Of a stretch of DNA of 58,751 bases, positions 6,581 to 15,940 are shown piece by piece. The stretch's first letter is position 1. Each line of letters opens with the position of its first letter. Position numbers and translations under genes: made by a program. Origin of the DNA: a virus (taxonomy: Duplodnaviria; Caudoviricetes); IMG/VR virus record IMGVR_UViG_3300030104_001141, positions 1 through 58,751 of that record. The stretch is one strand, 5' to 3'. Under the pieces are notes generated by a model, which worked only from the letters and a program-made list of their open reading frames with translations, was not told the DNA's origin and searched no databases.

Positions 6581-6620
6581 TAGGGCAGTTTGCTTGTTCT
6601 GTTTTAAAAACAAGCATCTA
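6581..6620 (+). ncRNA. H-type pseudoknot element PK2
   Basis: AGGGCAG/CTGTTTT stem; loop TGCTTGTT (6591-6598) pairs with AACAAGCA (6609-6616); same layout as PK1. Confidence 0.6.
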
Positions 6621-6647
6621 TTAACCAATTAATACTTAGGAGTGAGT

Positions 6648-6839
6648 ATGAGTAAACCAAAAACAAAACAAACATTTATCTATTTAGGTGGATTAAGAAA
6701 AGCCTTTTCAGATTTAGACAATGCTATACCTGATAGTGCTTTTGAATATGACTTAGACCAATCAATGATTAATGATGTATGGAATGAAATAAGTGTAGTT
6801 GAAAAACAAATTGATGATGGAGTATTCAATGAAAAATAA
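6648..6839 (+). CDS. Hypothetical protein
   Basis: AGGAG SD; operon packing. Confidence 0.7.
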   Translation: MSKPKTKQTFIYLGGLRKAFSDLDNAIPDSAFEYDLDQSMINDVWNEISVVEKQIDDGVFNEK

Positions 6840-7008
6840 TATTTATACAAAAGACTACAAAGATATTAAAAGTATTTTTGAGAACTTTTGGAAACAAACA
6901 AACATAAGTAGAAATGAACCTTATATGTATATGTTTTCAAACAAAAAAACCAATAAAGATTACTTTAAACATTCTCTAACAAGAGAATATGTAGAGGTGG
7001 AAAGCTAA
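6829..7008 (+). CDS. Hypothetical protein
   Basis: GGAG SD before ATG 6829. Confidence 0.65.
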   Translation: MKNNIYTKDYKDIKSIFENFWKQTNISRNEPYMYMFSNKKTNKDYFKHSLTREYVEVES

Positions 7009-7679
7009 TGGAAAAACATTACTTAGAACAAGAAGCCGAAAGATATATCAAGGAAAGAGAAGATGAACTTAAATATCCTGTAAAAGATTACAACCAAAAA
7101 AAGGTAACCTTATATCATGGAACATCTACTAAATATCTTGATGATATTTTAAAGCAAGGTATCAAACCTAGATATGAAAAAGAAAGTATTTGGGAAGATA
7201 ATCCTAGTAGACCTGACATGGTTTACTTATCTAGTGCTTATGCAGTTTACTTTTCTCAAGTTGCATCACACAAATTAGGTGGCAAACCTGTAGTATTTGA
7301 AGTAAAAGTAAATACTAAAAGTTTATATCCTGATGAAGATTTTCTTGAGCAAATTACAAGAGTTGACCCTGCATGGAAAGATACTTTGTCTCTTGGCATG
7401 GAAGAAAGAACTGCATGGTTCAAAAAAAATATGCTTGATTACAAGACTGCTTACGCAGATAGTTTAGGTGCGTTAGGTAATGCCTGTCATAAAGGAATTA
7501 TCAAACCTAAAAACATTATCAGATACAGCATCTTAGATGAGTCAAAAATATTAGATTATTCAGACCCAACAATAACTTTAATGAACTATCAAATTTTGGG
7601 TGGCAGATATAGAAAGCTGTCTCAAAAAACTATGTGGGAAGAACCCCTATCTATAAAAACAAGGAGTAAAAATGGATAA
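7008..7679 (+). CDS. ADP-ribosyltransferase-fold protein resembling the Tpt1/KptA NAD-binding lobe
   Basis: TLYHGTS...ILKQGIKP...VYLS...GGKPVVFEV. Confidence 0.65.
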   Translation: MEKHYLEQEAERYIKEREDELKYPVKDYNQKKVTLYHGTSTKYLDDILKQGIKPRYEKESIWEDNPSRPDMVYLSSAYAVYFSQVASHKLGGKPVVFEVKVNTKSLYPDEDFLEQITRVDPAWKDTLSLGMEERTAWFKKNMLDYKTAYADSLGALGNACHKGIIKPKNIIRYSILDESKILDYSDPTITLMNYQILGGRYRKLSQKTMWEEPLSIKTRSKNG

Positions 7680-7968
7680 ATTAACTATAAAAAACTGGGA
7701 TGAGCCTATTAATGAAAAGCAAATGGATTCTTTATGTGAGATATATGATTTGCTACTTAAGTTTAGGACTACTAATGGACATACTGTAATGTTTCCAAAC
7801 AACCCTGAAGATGAACTGCCTTTTATGTTATCTCTAATTAAAAAAGAATTAGAGATTTTAATTAAAAGATATATAGATGCTAATAACAAAGATGGTGCAT
7901 CAAATTATTTTAATAGAGAAAGATGCGAATATTATCTTTCTGAATCAATGGAAAATAAAAATGGATAA
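7672..7968 (+). CDS. Hypothetical protein
   Basis: AGGAG SD; overlaps the upstream stop. Confidence 0.7.
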   Translation: MDKLTIKNWDEPINEKQMDSLCEIYDLLLKFRTTNGHTVMFPNNPEDELPFMLSLIKKELEILIKRYIDANNKDGASNYFNRERCEYYLSESMENKNG

Positions 7969-8104
7969 ATTAAAAAAAGAATGGAGAATATTTAAACAAG
8001 ATTTTCAAAGACAATGTAATGAAAGTTTTATGTTTAGATTTAATTGGTATGTACTAAAGCCTCTTGCTTTAGTGCTTGGAATAATAATTTTAATTATTTT
8101 ATAA
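7961..8104 (+). CDS. Small membrane protein
   Basis: C-terminal hydrophobic helix LALVLGIIILIIL. Confidence 0.6.
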   Translation: MDKLKKEWRIFKQDFQRQCNESFMFRFNWYVLKPLALVLGIIILIIL

Positions 8105-8113
8105 GGAGTGAGT

Positions 8114-8512
8114 ATGAATAAGATAAAAGAATTTGTTATCGACATATTAGATAGAAACAGATTAACAAAATCAATAATAGTATTTTGTTATGAGTTTTAT
8201 ATTTGGATAATAAAAAGACCCATGTTAGAACATACTGGAATAGATTTTGCTGGTGTTGAAGTGCCTGTAGTAGTTAATGAAAAAGAGTTTAACTTTAGTG
8301 GGCGTTGGATAGCTGACATGGAAATAACAGAAACTAGACCTTTATGGTATAGCTACAATGGTAAAAAAGAAAAAACAATAATTCGTATTCTTGCCAATAA
8401 AGAGATAGGTATTTTTACTATCTATAAACCTAAATGGTATAGAACTTTTTTAAACAAAAAAAATAAATTTAATAAATTATTAAGGAGAATAAATAATGTA
8501 TTTAGTAAATAA
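8114..8512 (+). CDS. Hypothetical protein
   Basis: AAGGAG SD. Confidence 0.65.
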   Translation: MNKIKEFVIDILDRNRLTKSIIVFCYEFYIWIIKRPMLEHTGIDFAGVEVPVVVNEKEFNFSGRWIADMEITETRPLWYSYNGKKEKTIIRILANKEIGIFTIYKPKWYRTFLNKKNKFNKLLRRINNVFSK

Positions 8513-8780
8513 AAATAACGACCTGTTGAATGATGTAAGAGAAAGTATTACTGAAATTTGTAATCATATCTATACAAAGATAGACAGAAAACCAAAGGAT
8601 AATTACGAAACAAAAGAAGAAGATTTACTTTTGTTAAAGTCTTTTAATACTTTTGTAACTATTAATCAGTTAATACTTGATAAGTTACATCCTGAAAGAA
8701 AGCAAATGAACCTGCCAAATCCAAAACATTTTGGTATCTCAAAGCATGGTGAAATTATAGAAGTAGAGGTAACTGCATAA
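8496..8780 (+). CDS. Hypothetical protein
   Basis: AAGGAG SD. Confidence 0.65.
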   Translation: MYLVNKNNDLLNDVRESITEICNHIYTKIDRKPKDNYETKEEDLLLLKSFNTFVTINQLILDKLHPERKQMNLPNPKHFGISKHGEIIEVEVTA

Positions 8781-9316
8781 TGAAAAAATTAGAAATCAAA
8801 ATAGAAGATGGTATTGAAAAACCTGATTATACCGGTAAGAATATTCTTACTGGCGAGACAATGAAATCTCTTAGAGATATGAAAGCCGGACAAAGTTTTA
8901 CTGTCAAAACAGAATCCCACAAACTTACAGTGCAATTGTATGGTAGAAAAATAGGTAAGGTATTTTCCTCAAGAAAAATATACGAGGGAAATACCAAAGG
9001 AAAAAATACACCATATCATTTTAGAATATGGTGTGAGAGTGGCAAGGCAAAACCTCTACCATCAAGTAAACCACCTAGTGAAAATCCCAAACTTAAATCT
9101 TTTGGTTCTATATCAAAGACACAAGTATCTGATGATGGAGATGGAGATGCTACTACAAGACATAGAGTATCTGATGATGTTCTAGCTATGGCAGAATTGA
9201 GAGCAGACAACAAAAGAATTGTAGAAGATTTAGATAAAATCAAACAGATTTTAAAAGAAGAATTGAAGCATGATATGGAAACATTTAAACCTTTAAATGA
9301 AGATGCCTCTAACTGA
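8780..9316 (+). CDS. Hypothetical protein; N-terminal domain paralogous to 13487-13747
   Basis: IKIEDGIEKP..MKAGQSF..FRIW versus FKIEKDIPIP..LEVNESF..IRVW. Confidence 0.7.
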   Translation: MKKLEIKIEDGIEKPDYTGKNILTGETMKSLRDMKAGQSFTVKTESHKLTVQLYGRKIGKVFSSRKIYEGNTKGKNTPYHFRIWCESGKAKPLPSSKPPSENPKLKSFGSISKTQVSDDGDGDATTRHRVSDDVLAMAELRADNKRIVEDLDKIKQILKEELKHDMETFKPLNEDASN

Positions 9317-9436
9317 AATCAATTTTAAAAGGGGGGTAATTTGGGAGATGCTAGACCCTTACCTGCTATCAGAAAATGCAACAGCGAGGCTTACATGAGC
9401 CTAATTTTTAAAAATATTTATAAAAAAGGAGTAAAA

Positions 9437-9592
9437 ATGGATAAACAAGAACTAATCAGACAATTAGAACAGATTATGGAGAATGTTGAATCTGACTTTA
9501 AGAAACAAAAATCTTTGTTACAAGAAATGCAAGACAAAGTATTTGTATTAAGAATAGAAACCAATGATTTAATCAAGGAGTTAAAACAATGA
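9437..9592 (+). CDS. Small coiled-coil protein
   Basis: AGGAG SD before ATG 9437. Confidence 0.65.
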   Translation: MDKQELIRQLEQIMENVESDFKKQKSLLQEMQDKVFVLRIETNDLIKELKQ

Positions 9593-10182
9593 GTGCAAAA
9601 GCAAAGTTTGTATATGCAAAACCTTTTATTACACATGAAAAATTTGGTATTGAAAAAGTTATAAAGCATGACCAAGTTTATGGATGGAAAGATAGATTGA
9701 TTGATGCTAAATTTATTCAACCTTTTAGAGATTATGATTTTTATAATAGTGATTTTACAGTTGAAAAAAGTTATGCAGAAATGGTAAATATTTTTGGCAA
9801 ACCAATTAAAGTAACTGGTAAGTTTGAAGATGCGAAATGTTTTTATTCTTTTAGTAATGAAATGTCTTGGACTGTAGATGCTGTTTGGTATTTACTTTTG
9901 CAAGACCAAAGCTATAGAGGAAAGAAAATAGAAGTGCCTGTTATTATATACAATTTAAATGGTGGTAAAAATTACAATAGATTTTATGACAAGGCTAGAG
10001 CAGAAAATTTAGTTGAAGATTTTGGCGATAGGTTTCCCAAAGCATATAGAATGAATAACAAGTTATCCAATGTAAATTGTTGGAATATTATAATTGGTAG
10101 TCAATGGAAATCTACTGAACATGAAAGAACTACACCTGAGAATCAATTGTATATAAAAAATTTAATTAATTTAGGAGTATAA
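9589..10182 (+). CDS. Hypothetical protein
   Basis: 197-aa ORF with SD and ATGA overlap. Confidence 0.75.
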   Translation: MSAKAKFVYAKPFITHEKFGIEKVIKHDQVYGWKDRLIDAKFIQPFRDYDFYNSDFTVEKSYAEMVNIFGKPIKVTGKFEDAKCFYSFSNEMSWTVDAVWYLLLQDQSYRGKKIEVPVIIYNLNGGKNYNRFYDKARAENLVEDFGDRFPKAYRMNNKLSNVNCWNIIIGSQWKSTEHERTTPENQLYIKNLINLGV

Positions 10183-10185
10183 ATA

Positions 10186-10374
10186 ATGGCAAATTATTCA
10201 ACAAGAGTAATAGTAACTTTAGATTTTGACCACATACCTGAAAGGGAAGAAATCGAAAATACACTATTAGATATAATAAAAGAGAATGAGTTGGTTTACG
10301 AAACTGCAATTAGTCCTGTAGATAAACCTCTTGTTTCAATCAAAGCAAGATTATTTAACAAGGAGTATTTATGA
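10186..10374 (+). CDS. Hypothetical protein
   Basis: AGGAG SD. Confidence 0.65.
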   Translation: MANYSTRVIVTLDFDHIPEREEIENTLLDIIKENELVYETAISPVDKPLVSIKARLFNKEYL

Positions 10375-10601
10375 GTAACAACAAACACAAAAATTGTTTA
10401 CATAGAATAATAACTTTTGATAAAGATATGCAAACAGTTTGTGGAGACTGTGGAGATTTGTTTTCTCTTGTAGTAAATGAAGAACAAGATGAAGTCTATT
10501 TTGAAATACTACATGAAGAAGATGATGGAACTTATACAGCGTTTCATAGAAGTTATGAAGAACAAACAAGATTATTTAACGAAATATCGAACATACATTA
10601 A
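10371..10601 (+). CDS. Hypothetical protein with possible Zn ligands
   Basis: CLH...CGDC; SD present. Confidence 0.65.
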   Translation: MSNNKHKNCLHRIITFDKDMQTVCGDCGDLFSLVVNEEQDEVYFEILHEEDDGTYTAFHRSYEEQTRLFNEISNIH

Positions 10602-10610
10602 GGAGTAAAA

Positions 10611-10796
10611 ATGAAATCAACAGTAAAATTTAATACAAAACCAAAACCAAAGACCGGATATGTTACAACCCGTATGCCTGATACTTTACGAGAATCAATA
10701 CAAGAAGTAGCAAATGAGAATAGAAGAAGTCTATCCTCACAAATAGTCTTTATGCTTGAACAACAGATTCAACAGCGTTCAAGCAACAATCCTTAG
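10611..10796 (+). CDS. Arc-like ribbon-helix-helix DNA-binding protein
   Basis: TTRMPDTLRESIQEVANENRRSLSSQIVFMLE. Confidence 0.85.
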   Translation: MKSTVKFNTKPKPKTGYVTTRMPDTLRESIQEVANENRRSLSSQIVFMLEQQIQQRSSNNP

Positions 10797-11301
10797 AGTT
10801 CTCACTCTTTTTTCTATACAAGCGTTCAGATATTGCATTTAGTCCCAATTTTAAGAGGTGCAATTCCTGTTCGCTTGTTATAGATTTATTAAAACAAACA
10901 ACATTGATAAGAAAATCCGGCAAACCTACTGATGTGTTGCGACCCCCCTGAGTTCTTAAAATTTTTGTAATCCTTGTAAGAACAAGTGCTTTCAAAGATT
11001 TATGTGAAGAAGTATTAGCCAATCCACCATCCTGAAATGTAGCAATAAGGTTTACTGATGATGGAAATATCCCTGACTGGGATGCTAACTTATATATAAA
11101 TTCACCTGCGTTATGTTGTTTCTCATCTATTAACGAGTTAATAAATAACTTATCTATAACGAGTTGGTTCTTAATTCGTGTTCTAAAAATTCCTTTCCCC
11201 AAACTTTCTAACTCACAATCAAAATGTGAGTGAAGTTCCTTTGTTCCTAAATCTGTAGGATTAAAATTCCCAATCGTATTCTTCCCCATAAACAACCTCA
11301 T
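10750..11301 (-). CDS. Hypothetical protein downstream of primase-helicase
   Basis: 183-aa ORF overlapping the 3' end of the primase-helicase gene. Confidence 0.65.
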   Translation of the reverse strand: MRLFMGKNTIGNFNPTDLGTKELHSHFDCELESLGKGIFRTRIKNQLVIDKLFINSLIDEKQHNAGEFIYKLASQSGIFPSSVNLIATFQDGGLANTSSHKSLKALVLTRITKILRTQGGRNTSVGLPDFLINVVCFNKSITSEQELHLLKLGLNAISERLYRKKSENSKDCCLNAVESVVQA

Positions 11302-13027
11302 TATTTTTCTCAGAATAAACGCCTGTTGGTGGATAATATTCTAGCATTGTTTCGCCCTGTTTACCTACCCACTTGAATCTACATTTCCAACAATGTATTT
11401 CGACATCTGTCCCATCTCCTCTATGAACTGTAATTCCTAAATCACATTTAGCAAACCATGATGCTGAACCGGAGATAGAATATCCTGATGGTACAGGTAT
11501 CTTACCTTTCATATCCGGATATAATTTATGTGGATGTGCGATAAAGAAAACATGAATATCGTGTGCTTTAGCAAACTGACTTATCTTTGTAAGCATAGTA
11601 GAAATATTGTCTGTCTCATTACCTGTCGTTCTATCCATCTCAATATAATTGTATGGGTCTATCACTAAGCCTCTACAACCTAACTGTCTTACAGCACCAA
11701 TACTTTTCTCAAGTATAGATTCTATGGTAGCTGATTCCCCATTTGTATAATCAAGAAACATAAAGTGTTCTTCAATAAACTTAAGTGCATTGTCTCTCTC
11801 ATCCTCATTCATTCTAGCCATAGCACCACTAAAGAAAGGTTTGTCGACATACTTTTCTACTAACTTTGCTATGTGTAAATCCGGTGGATTCTCAAAGCTA
11901 CATATTGCAAACTTCCAATCCTCTTTCTTTGCTAGGTTCATCATAATCATATCAATAAATTCAGACTTACCTGATGATGGAATACCTGTAACGACTGATA
12001 ACTGCCCACCTGCAATCTTAAATAGTTCATCTACATTCTGATATCCTGTTGATGCACCTTGCATAAAACCTTTATCATATAAATCAATAACACTATTTTC
12101 GTAATGCTCACTTTTATACAACCCTGATAATGGGTAAGGCTCACTGTTATCAATACATTCTTTTAATATTTCTTTGCCATGCTTGAGTAAGGTTTCATTA
12201 GCATCCTTACAATCTTCCGGTAAAGTAGCTAACCAAACTTTATTCTTTCCTATACGCCTTGCTAGTTCTTCAGTAAGTGCTTCACCTGATGAGTCTTTAT
12301 CGCAACATATAACGACTTTCTCAACATTGTCTAACTGGTCGTTGGCGTTCCATATATAAGCAAACTTCTTATCTTCTTGGGGAGATATCTTGTTGTTACT
12401 AACTTTCATTACAGCACCATTAGGTACTGACAAGGCACAATCAATACCACTTTCATACAAAGCAAGAGCATCAAACTCACCCTCACATATAACTATTAAG
12501 TCGTTAATAGTTAATCTATCTAACCCAAACAGCGTTCTAGCTGACCCCTCTTGGGTAAAATTCTTTCCCTCAACAGTTCGCCACTTGATAGCGTAAACAT
12601 TTTCTTCATTGTAATAAGGAAACCCAATAGCATCCTGAACACCCACACCATTGAACCCTCTCTTATCAAACAAGACACCATATTTTTTTGCAGTATCTTC
12701 TGATATCCCTCTATCTGTAAGCATCTTACTTTCAAATTCATTTTTTCCGTTTCTCTGGGACGCTGTTTTTGAAATTTTTAAAGGTGTTATTTTTTCTACT
12801 TTCTTTTCTACTTTCTTTTCTACTAGATTATTCTTTTTGTTCATGTCTACTACTCCACTTAATTGACAATGCCAACATTGATATAAAACTTTATTGCCCT
12901 CTCTTGTGAGAGATAAAGTTCGTTGATTTTTTTTCTTTCTACCTTGAGAACAAGATGGACATTCTATCCTCTTGTTTGAAAAATCCTCAATGTATTGAGA
13001 ATTAATTACTGAAACTACCTCTTGCAT
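11261..13027 (-). CDS. Primase-helicase (Zn finger, TOPRIM, SF4/Twinkle-like helicase)
   Basis: CPSC...CWHC; ICEGEFD; DKD; KDANE; TGIPSSGKS; VIDPY; IAHP. Confidence 0.92.
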   Translation of the reverse strand: MQEVVSVINSQYIEDFSNKRIECPSCSQGRKKKNQRTLSLTREGNKVLYQCWHCQLSGVVDMNKKNNLVEKKVEKKVEKITPLKISKTASQRNGKNEFESKMLTDRGISEDTAKKYGVLFDKRGFNGVGVQDAIGFPYYNEENVYAIKWRTVEGKNFTQEGSARTLFGLDRLTINDLIVICEGEFDALALYESGIDCALSVPNGAVMKVSNNKISPQEDKKFAYIWNANDQLDNVEKVVICCDKDSSGEALTEELARRIGKNKVWLATLPEDCKDANETLLKHGKEILKECIDNSEPYPLSGLYKSEHYENSVIDLYDKGFMQGASTGYQNVDELFKIAGGQLSVVTGIPSSGKSEFIDMIMMNLAKKEDWKFAICSFENPPDLHIAKLVEKYVDKPFFSGAMARMNEDERDNALKFIEEHFMFLDYTNGESATIESILEKSIGAVRQLGCRGLVIDPYNYIEMDRTTGNETDNISTMLTKISQFAKAHDIHVFFIAHPHKLYPDMKGKIPVPSGYSISGSASWFAKCDLGITVHRGDGTDVEIHCWKCRFKWVGKQGETMLEYYPPTGVYSEKNNEVVYGEEYDWEF

Positions 13028-13059
13028 TTACCACTCCTTATGTTTAGTATTACTATAAT

Positions 13060-13130
13060 CTAGTATTAAACTAAATTTATATCTATTATTTAAAACATAT
13101 CTAGTATTTAACTATCTAGTTTTATACTAG
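13060..13130. repeat. Second CTAGT-N5-ACTAG cluster
   Basis: Copies at 13060-13074, 13101-13115 and 13116-13130; the last is identical to 239-253. Confidence 0.8.
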
Positions 13131-13395
13131 AGTTTTCCTCTCCAACCTTTTTATTCCACATCATTCCCCTGATTGATGAAATCATATTGTCTGCTGTCTC
13201 TTTTGGATTTTCGCTACCTCTTAAATGTAGCAAGGATTTTCTTAATGAATTGGCATTTACATTAGCGAGTTCACATATCTCATCAAAATCTTCAGAACCA
13301 AACCAATCATAAGACTCATATACTTTCTTACTATCATTAGATACTGCATCTCTTATGCTTTGATATATAACTGAAAGATATAATTCACTATTCAT
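13108..13395 (-). CDS. Hypothetical phage protein
   Basis: LY.SVIYQSIRDA...WF.SEDF..ICELA pattern; small phage protein, function unknown. Confidence 0.7.
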   Translation of the reverse strand: MNSELYLSVIYQSIRDAVSNDSKKVYESYDWFGSEDFDEICELANVNANSLRKSLLHLRGSENPKETADNMISSIRGMMWNKKVGEENSSIKLDS

Positions 13396-13427
13396 AATTT
13401 CTATAAAATTAATTTTTTAATTAGTAT

Positions 13428-13455
13428 TTGTATTTAATATTAAAATACATATAAT
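13428..13455 (+). promoter_or_regulatory. Putative promoter of the recombination operon
   Basis: TTGTAT, 16-nt spacer, TATAAT in a divergent AT-rich gap; overlapped by imperfect palindrome TGTATTT-AATATT-AAAATACA. Confidence 0.5.
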
Positions 13456-13486
13456 GACAAGGGTAAAGATGAAAAAAGGAGTAAAT

Positions 13487-13747
13487 ATGTTCAAGATTGA
13501 AAAGGATATACCCATACCACCCATTAATAGAAAGGTGCGTAGGAAACCTAATAGCATTACAAAATGTTTACAAGAATTAGAAGTCAATGAATCTTTTGTT
13601 GTTCCAATTCCTGATGGCTCAAACCCTATGGCATTTAGAAATCAAATTGGTTACGCAAAATCTATTATAAAACAGAAAAGAAAAGATAATTTTTCTATCA
13701 CAACAAGAGAAGTTGATGAGGGTATTAGGGTATGGCGAGTAGAATAA
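13487..13747 (+). CDS. Hypothetical protein, possibly DNA-binding
   Basis: AGGAG SD before 13487; basic; C-terminal GIRVWRV. Confidence 0.7.
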   Translation: MFKIEKDIPIPPINRKVRRKPNSITKCLQELEVNESFVVPIPDGSNPMAFRNQIGYAKSIIKQKRKDNFSITTREVDEGIRVWRVE

Positions 13748-14625
13748 CCAACAAGCATAACTTACCACAGACTTTAGTAAACCTTGCTGAAAGTAGAGAC
13801 TATTCAAGAGGTGCATCTGATAGAAGTATTACGCAGTTAATAGATAGTCCTCAAGTATCAGTGTTAAGAATGGCGAATGATAACAACATTGAAGAAGATG
13901 TTGTTGATACTTTTTGGGCAAATCTTGGTAGTGCTATCCATCACATAACTGAAAAGGGTGCTGATGATAACCACCTAGTAGAAGAAAGATTGTTTACTCA
14001 AGTTGGAACTTGGACAGTTTCCGGTGCTATTGATGTACAAAAGATTGAAGATGATGGAAGTATTAGTGTAATGGATTATAAATTTACTAGCGTTTGGGCA
14101 GTAAAGAATCCTAAGTTAGATTGGGAAAGACAATTAAATTGTTATGCTTATCTTGTAGCAAAAGAAAAGAATGTAAAGATTAAAGATTTAAAGATAATAA
14201 CTTTCTTAAGAGATTGGAATAGAAACAATGCAAAGAGAGATGATAAATACCCACAACAACAAATATTAGTAGTCCCTATAAAGCTATGGAGTTTTGAAGA
14301 ACAAGAACAATACATTAAAGATAGGGTTCAATTGCATCAAGAGACTGCCTATGGCTTTGTAAGTGATGAGTCTATGTCCGAGTGTAACAAAGAAGAAAGA
14401 TGGCAAAGAGAGGACTCATACGCTGTTAGAAAGGAAGTTAATAAAAGGGCATTGAAAGTCTTTGATAACAAAGAAGAAGCTGAAAAGTTTTTAAAAGAGA
14501 AAGATAGTGATGAGTATGTCATTGATGAAAGAAAAGGAGAACCTATAAGATGCACCGGTAACTACTGCAAAGTAAATGAATGGTGTAGTCAATATCAAAA
14601 ATGGAGTAAACAAAATGAAAAATGA
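13732..14625 (+). CDS. PD-(D/E)XK exonuclease (Cas4/RecE-like)
   Basis: GSAIH...EER...SGAID...MDYK...QLNCY; C-terminal Cys cluster. Confidence 0.8.
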   Translation: MASRITNKHNLPQTLVNLAESRDYSRGASDRSITQLIDSPQVSVLRMANDNNIEEDVVDTFWANLGSAIHHITEKGADDNHLVEERLFTQVGTWTVSGAIDVQKIEDDGSISVMDYKFTSVWAVKNPKLDWERQLNCYAYLVAKEKNVKIKDLKIITFLRDWNRNNAKRDDKYPQQQILVVPIKLWSFEEQEQYIKDRVQLHQETAYGFVSDESMSECNKEERWQREDSYAVRKEVNKRALKVFDNKEEAEKFLKEKDSDEYVIDERKGEPIRCTGNYCKVNEWCSQYQKWSKQNEK

Positions 14626-14848
14626 AGAAGTGTTGAGAAAGATAATAGGATTTATGCAAGTCCTAGCGAGTGAGGGAATACCACATATTAAAATAGCCTT
14701 TGAAGATGATAGGCATATCTTAATACAAGATTATTCTAGGCGTATCATTACTCAACAGAAAATGACCTTTGACCAATTCGTATCAACAGATACTAAATTA
14801 TTAATACAAGCTACAAGGAGTATGCAAAATGGAGAAAGAAATGAATAA
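14615..14848 (+). CDS. Hypothetical protein
   Basis: GGAG SD before 14615. Confidence 0.6.
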   Translation: MKNEEVLRKIIGFMQVLASEGIPHIKIAFEDDRHILIQDYSRRIITQQKMTFDQFVSTDTKLLIQATRSMQNGERNE

Positions 14849-15560
14849 AGAACTAACATATAAAGATGTATGGGAAACATTAAGTAAGATTGATGTAAGT
14901 GATAAGGTTGAAAAGAAGATGAACCTATCATACCTAAGTTGGGCGTGGGCATGGGGTACAATGATGGACAATTACCCTGATGCACAATATAACTTTTATG
15001 AGAATCAAGAGACTGGTGTTCCTTATGTAACACTTCCGGATGGAACTGCTGAAGTTAGATGTAGAGTTACTATTGGAAATCTAGCAAGGGAAATGTGGTT
15101 ACCTGTAATGGATTTTAAAAACAATGCAGTTGCTAACCCTAGTGCAAGAGAAGTATCTGATACTAAGATGAGATGTCTTGTTAAGACTTTAGGAATGTGG
15201 GGACTTGGACTGTATATATATGCCGGACAAGACCTGCCCTCTACTGATAAACAAGAAACTAAACCAAAGAAAGCTGTAGTAAAAGAAGATGCTAATGAGC
15301 AAGAGGGCAAACTTATTTATAGTGGTGCAGTATCAAGTGATGAATCAAAGCCTGTAGAGAAAGATAAGCATGATGAGAATTGGGCGAACCTATTTTTAGA
15401 TGGTATTCAAGTACCTCTAAAACTTTGCAAAGATGTTGATGGATTGAATGATGTCTTTGTAAAAAACAAACCCTCAATCGACATAATCGAAAGTAGACAT
15501 AAGGATATTTTTGAGAAGATTGTGGAATTATTTAAAACTAAAAAAGAGGAATTGAAATAA
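14841..15560 (+). CDS. Sak/DUF1071-type single-strand annealing protein
   Basis: LSYLSWAWAW...MWLPVMD..N...MRCLVK...GLGLYIYAG.DLP. Confidence 0.85.
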   Translation: MNKELTYKDVWETLSKIDVSDKVEKKMNLSYLSWAWAWGTMMDNYPDAQYNFYENQETGVPYVTLPDGTAEVRCRVTIGNLAREMWLPVMDFKNNAVANPSAREVSDTKMRCLVKTLGMWGLGLYIYAGQDLPSTDKQETKPKKAVVKEDANEQEGKLIYSGAVSSDESKPVEKDKHDENWANLFLDGIQVPLKLCKDVDGLNDVFVKNKPSIDIIESRHKDIFEKIVELFKTKKEELK

Positions 15561-15922
15561 TGGAAGATTATAAAAACAAAGCAAAAGTAACTGGTAACAT
15601 TTTTAAGAATGGTTACAAGCAAAAGCAAACACATCCTGATTACAAAAGCACCATCACTATTAGTGAGCAGTTGTTGAGGGAAATGGTTGAAGCTGTTAAG
15701 TCTGATACAAGGAGAGAGAAAGGTGCTGACTTAAGTATCGCTATGTGGAATAGAGTATCAAAGAATGTAAATCCTAAGACCGGACAGAATACAGAATATA
15801 TGTACACTGCAATTGAGATGGACACTTACAAAAGTGATAAGGAAAAAGCTACACAAGAAGTAGTTGATACTGTAAACCTTGAAGCAAATGTTAAAGATGA
15901 GTTGGATGATTTACCATTTTAA
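15560..15922 (+). CDS. Putative ssDNA-binding protein
   Basis: HPDYK motif; acidic DDLPF tail; follows the annealase. Confidence 0.65.
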   Translation: MEDYKNKAKVTGNIFKNGYKQKQTHPDYKSTITISEQLLREMVEAVKSDTRREKGADLSIAMWNRVSKNVNPKTGQNTEYMYTAIEMDTYKSDKEKATQEVVDTVNLEANVKDELDDLPF

Positions 15923-15940
15923 ATATTAAGGAGTTAATAC

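Noticed and set aside
13732-14625. Cas4 as evidence of a CRISPR system
   Set aside because: Stand-alone PD-(D/E)XK exonuclease in an exonuclease-annealase-SSB recombination module; no array or other cas genes.
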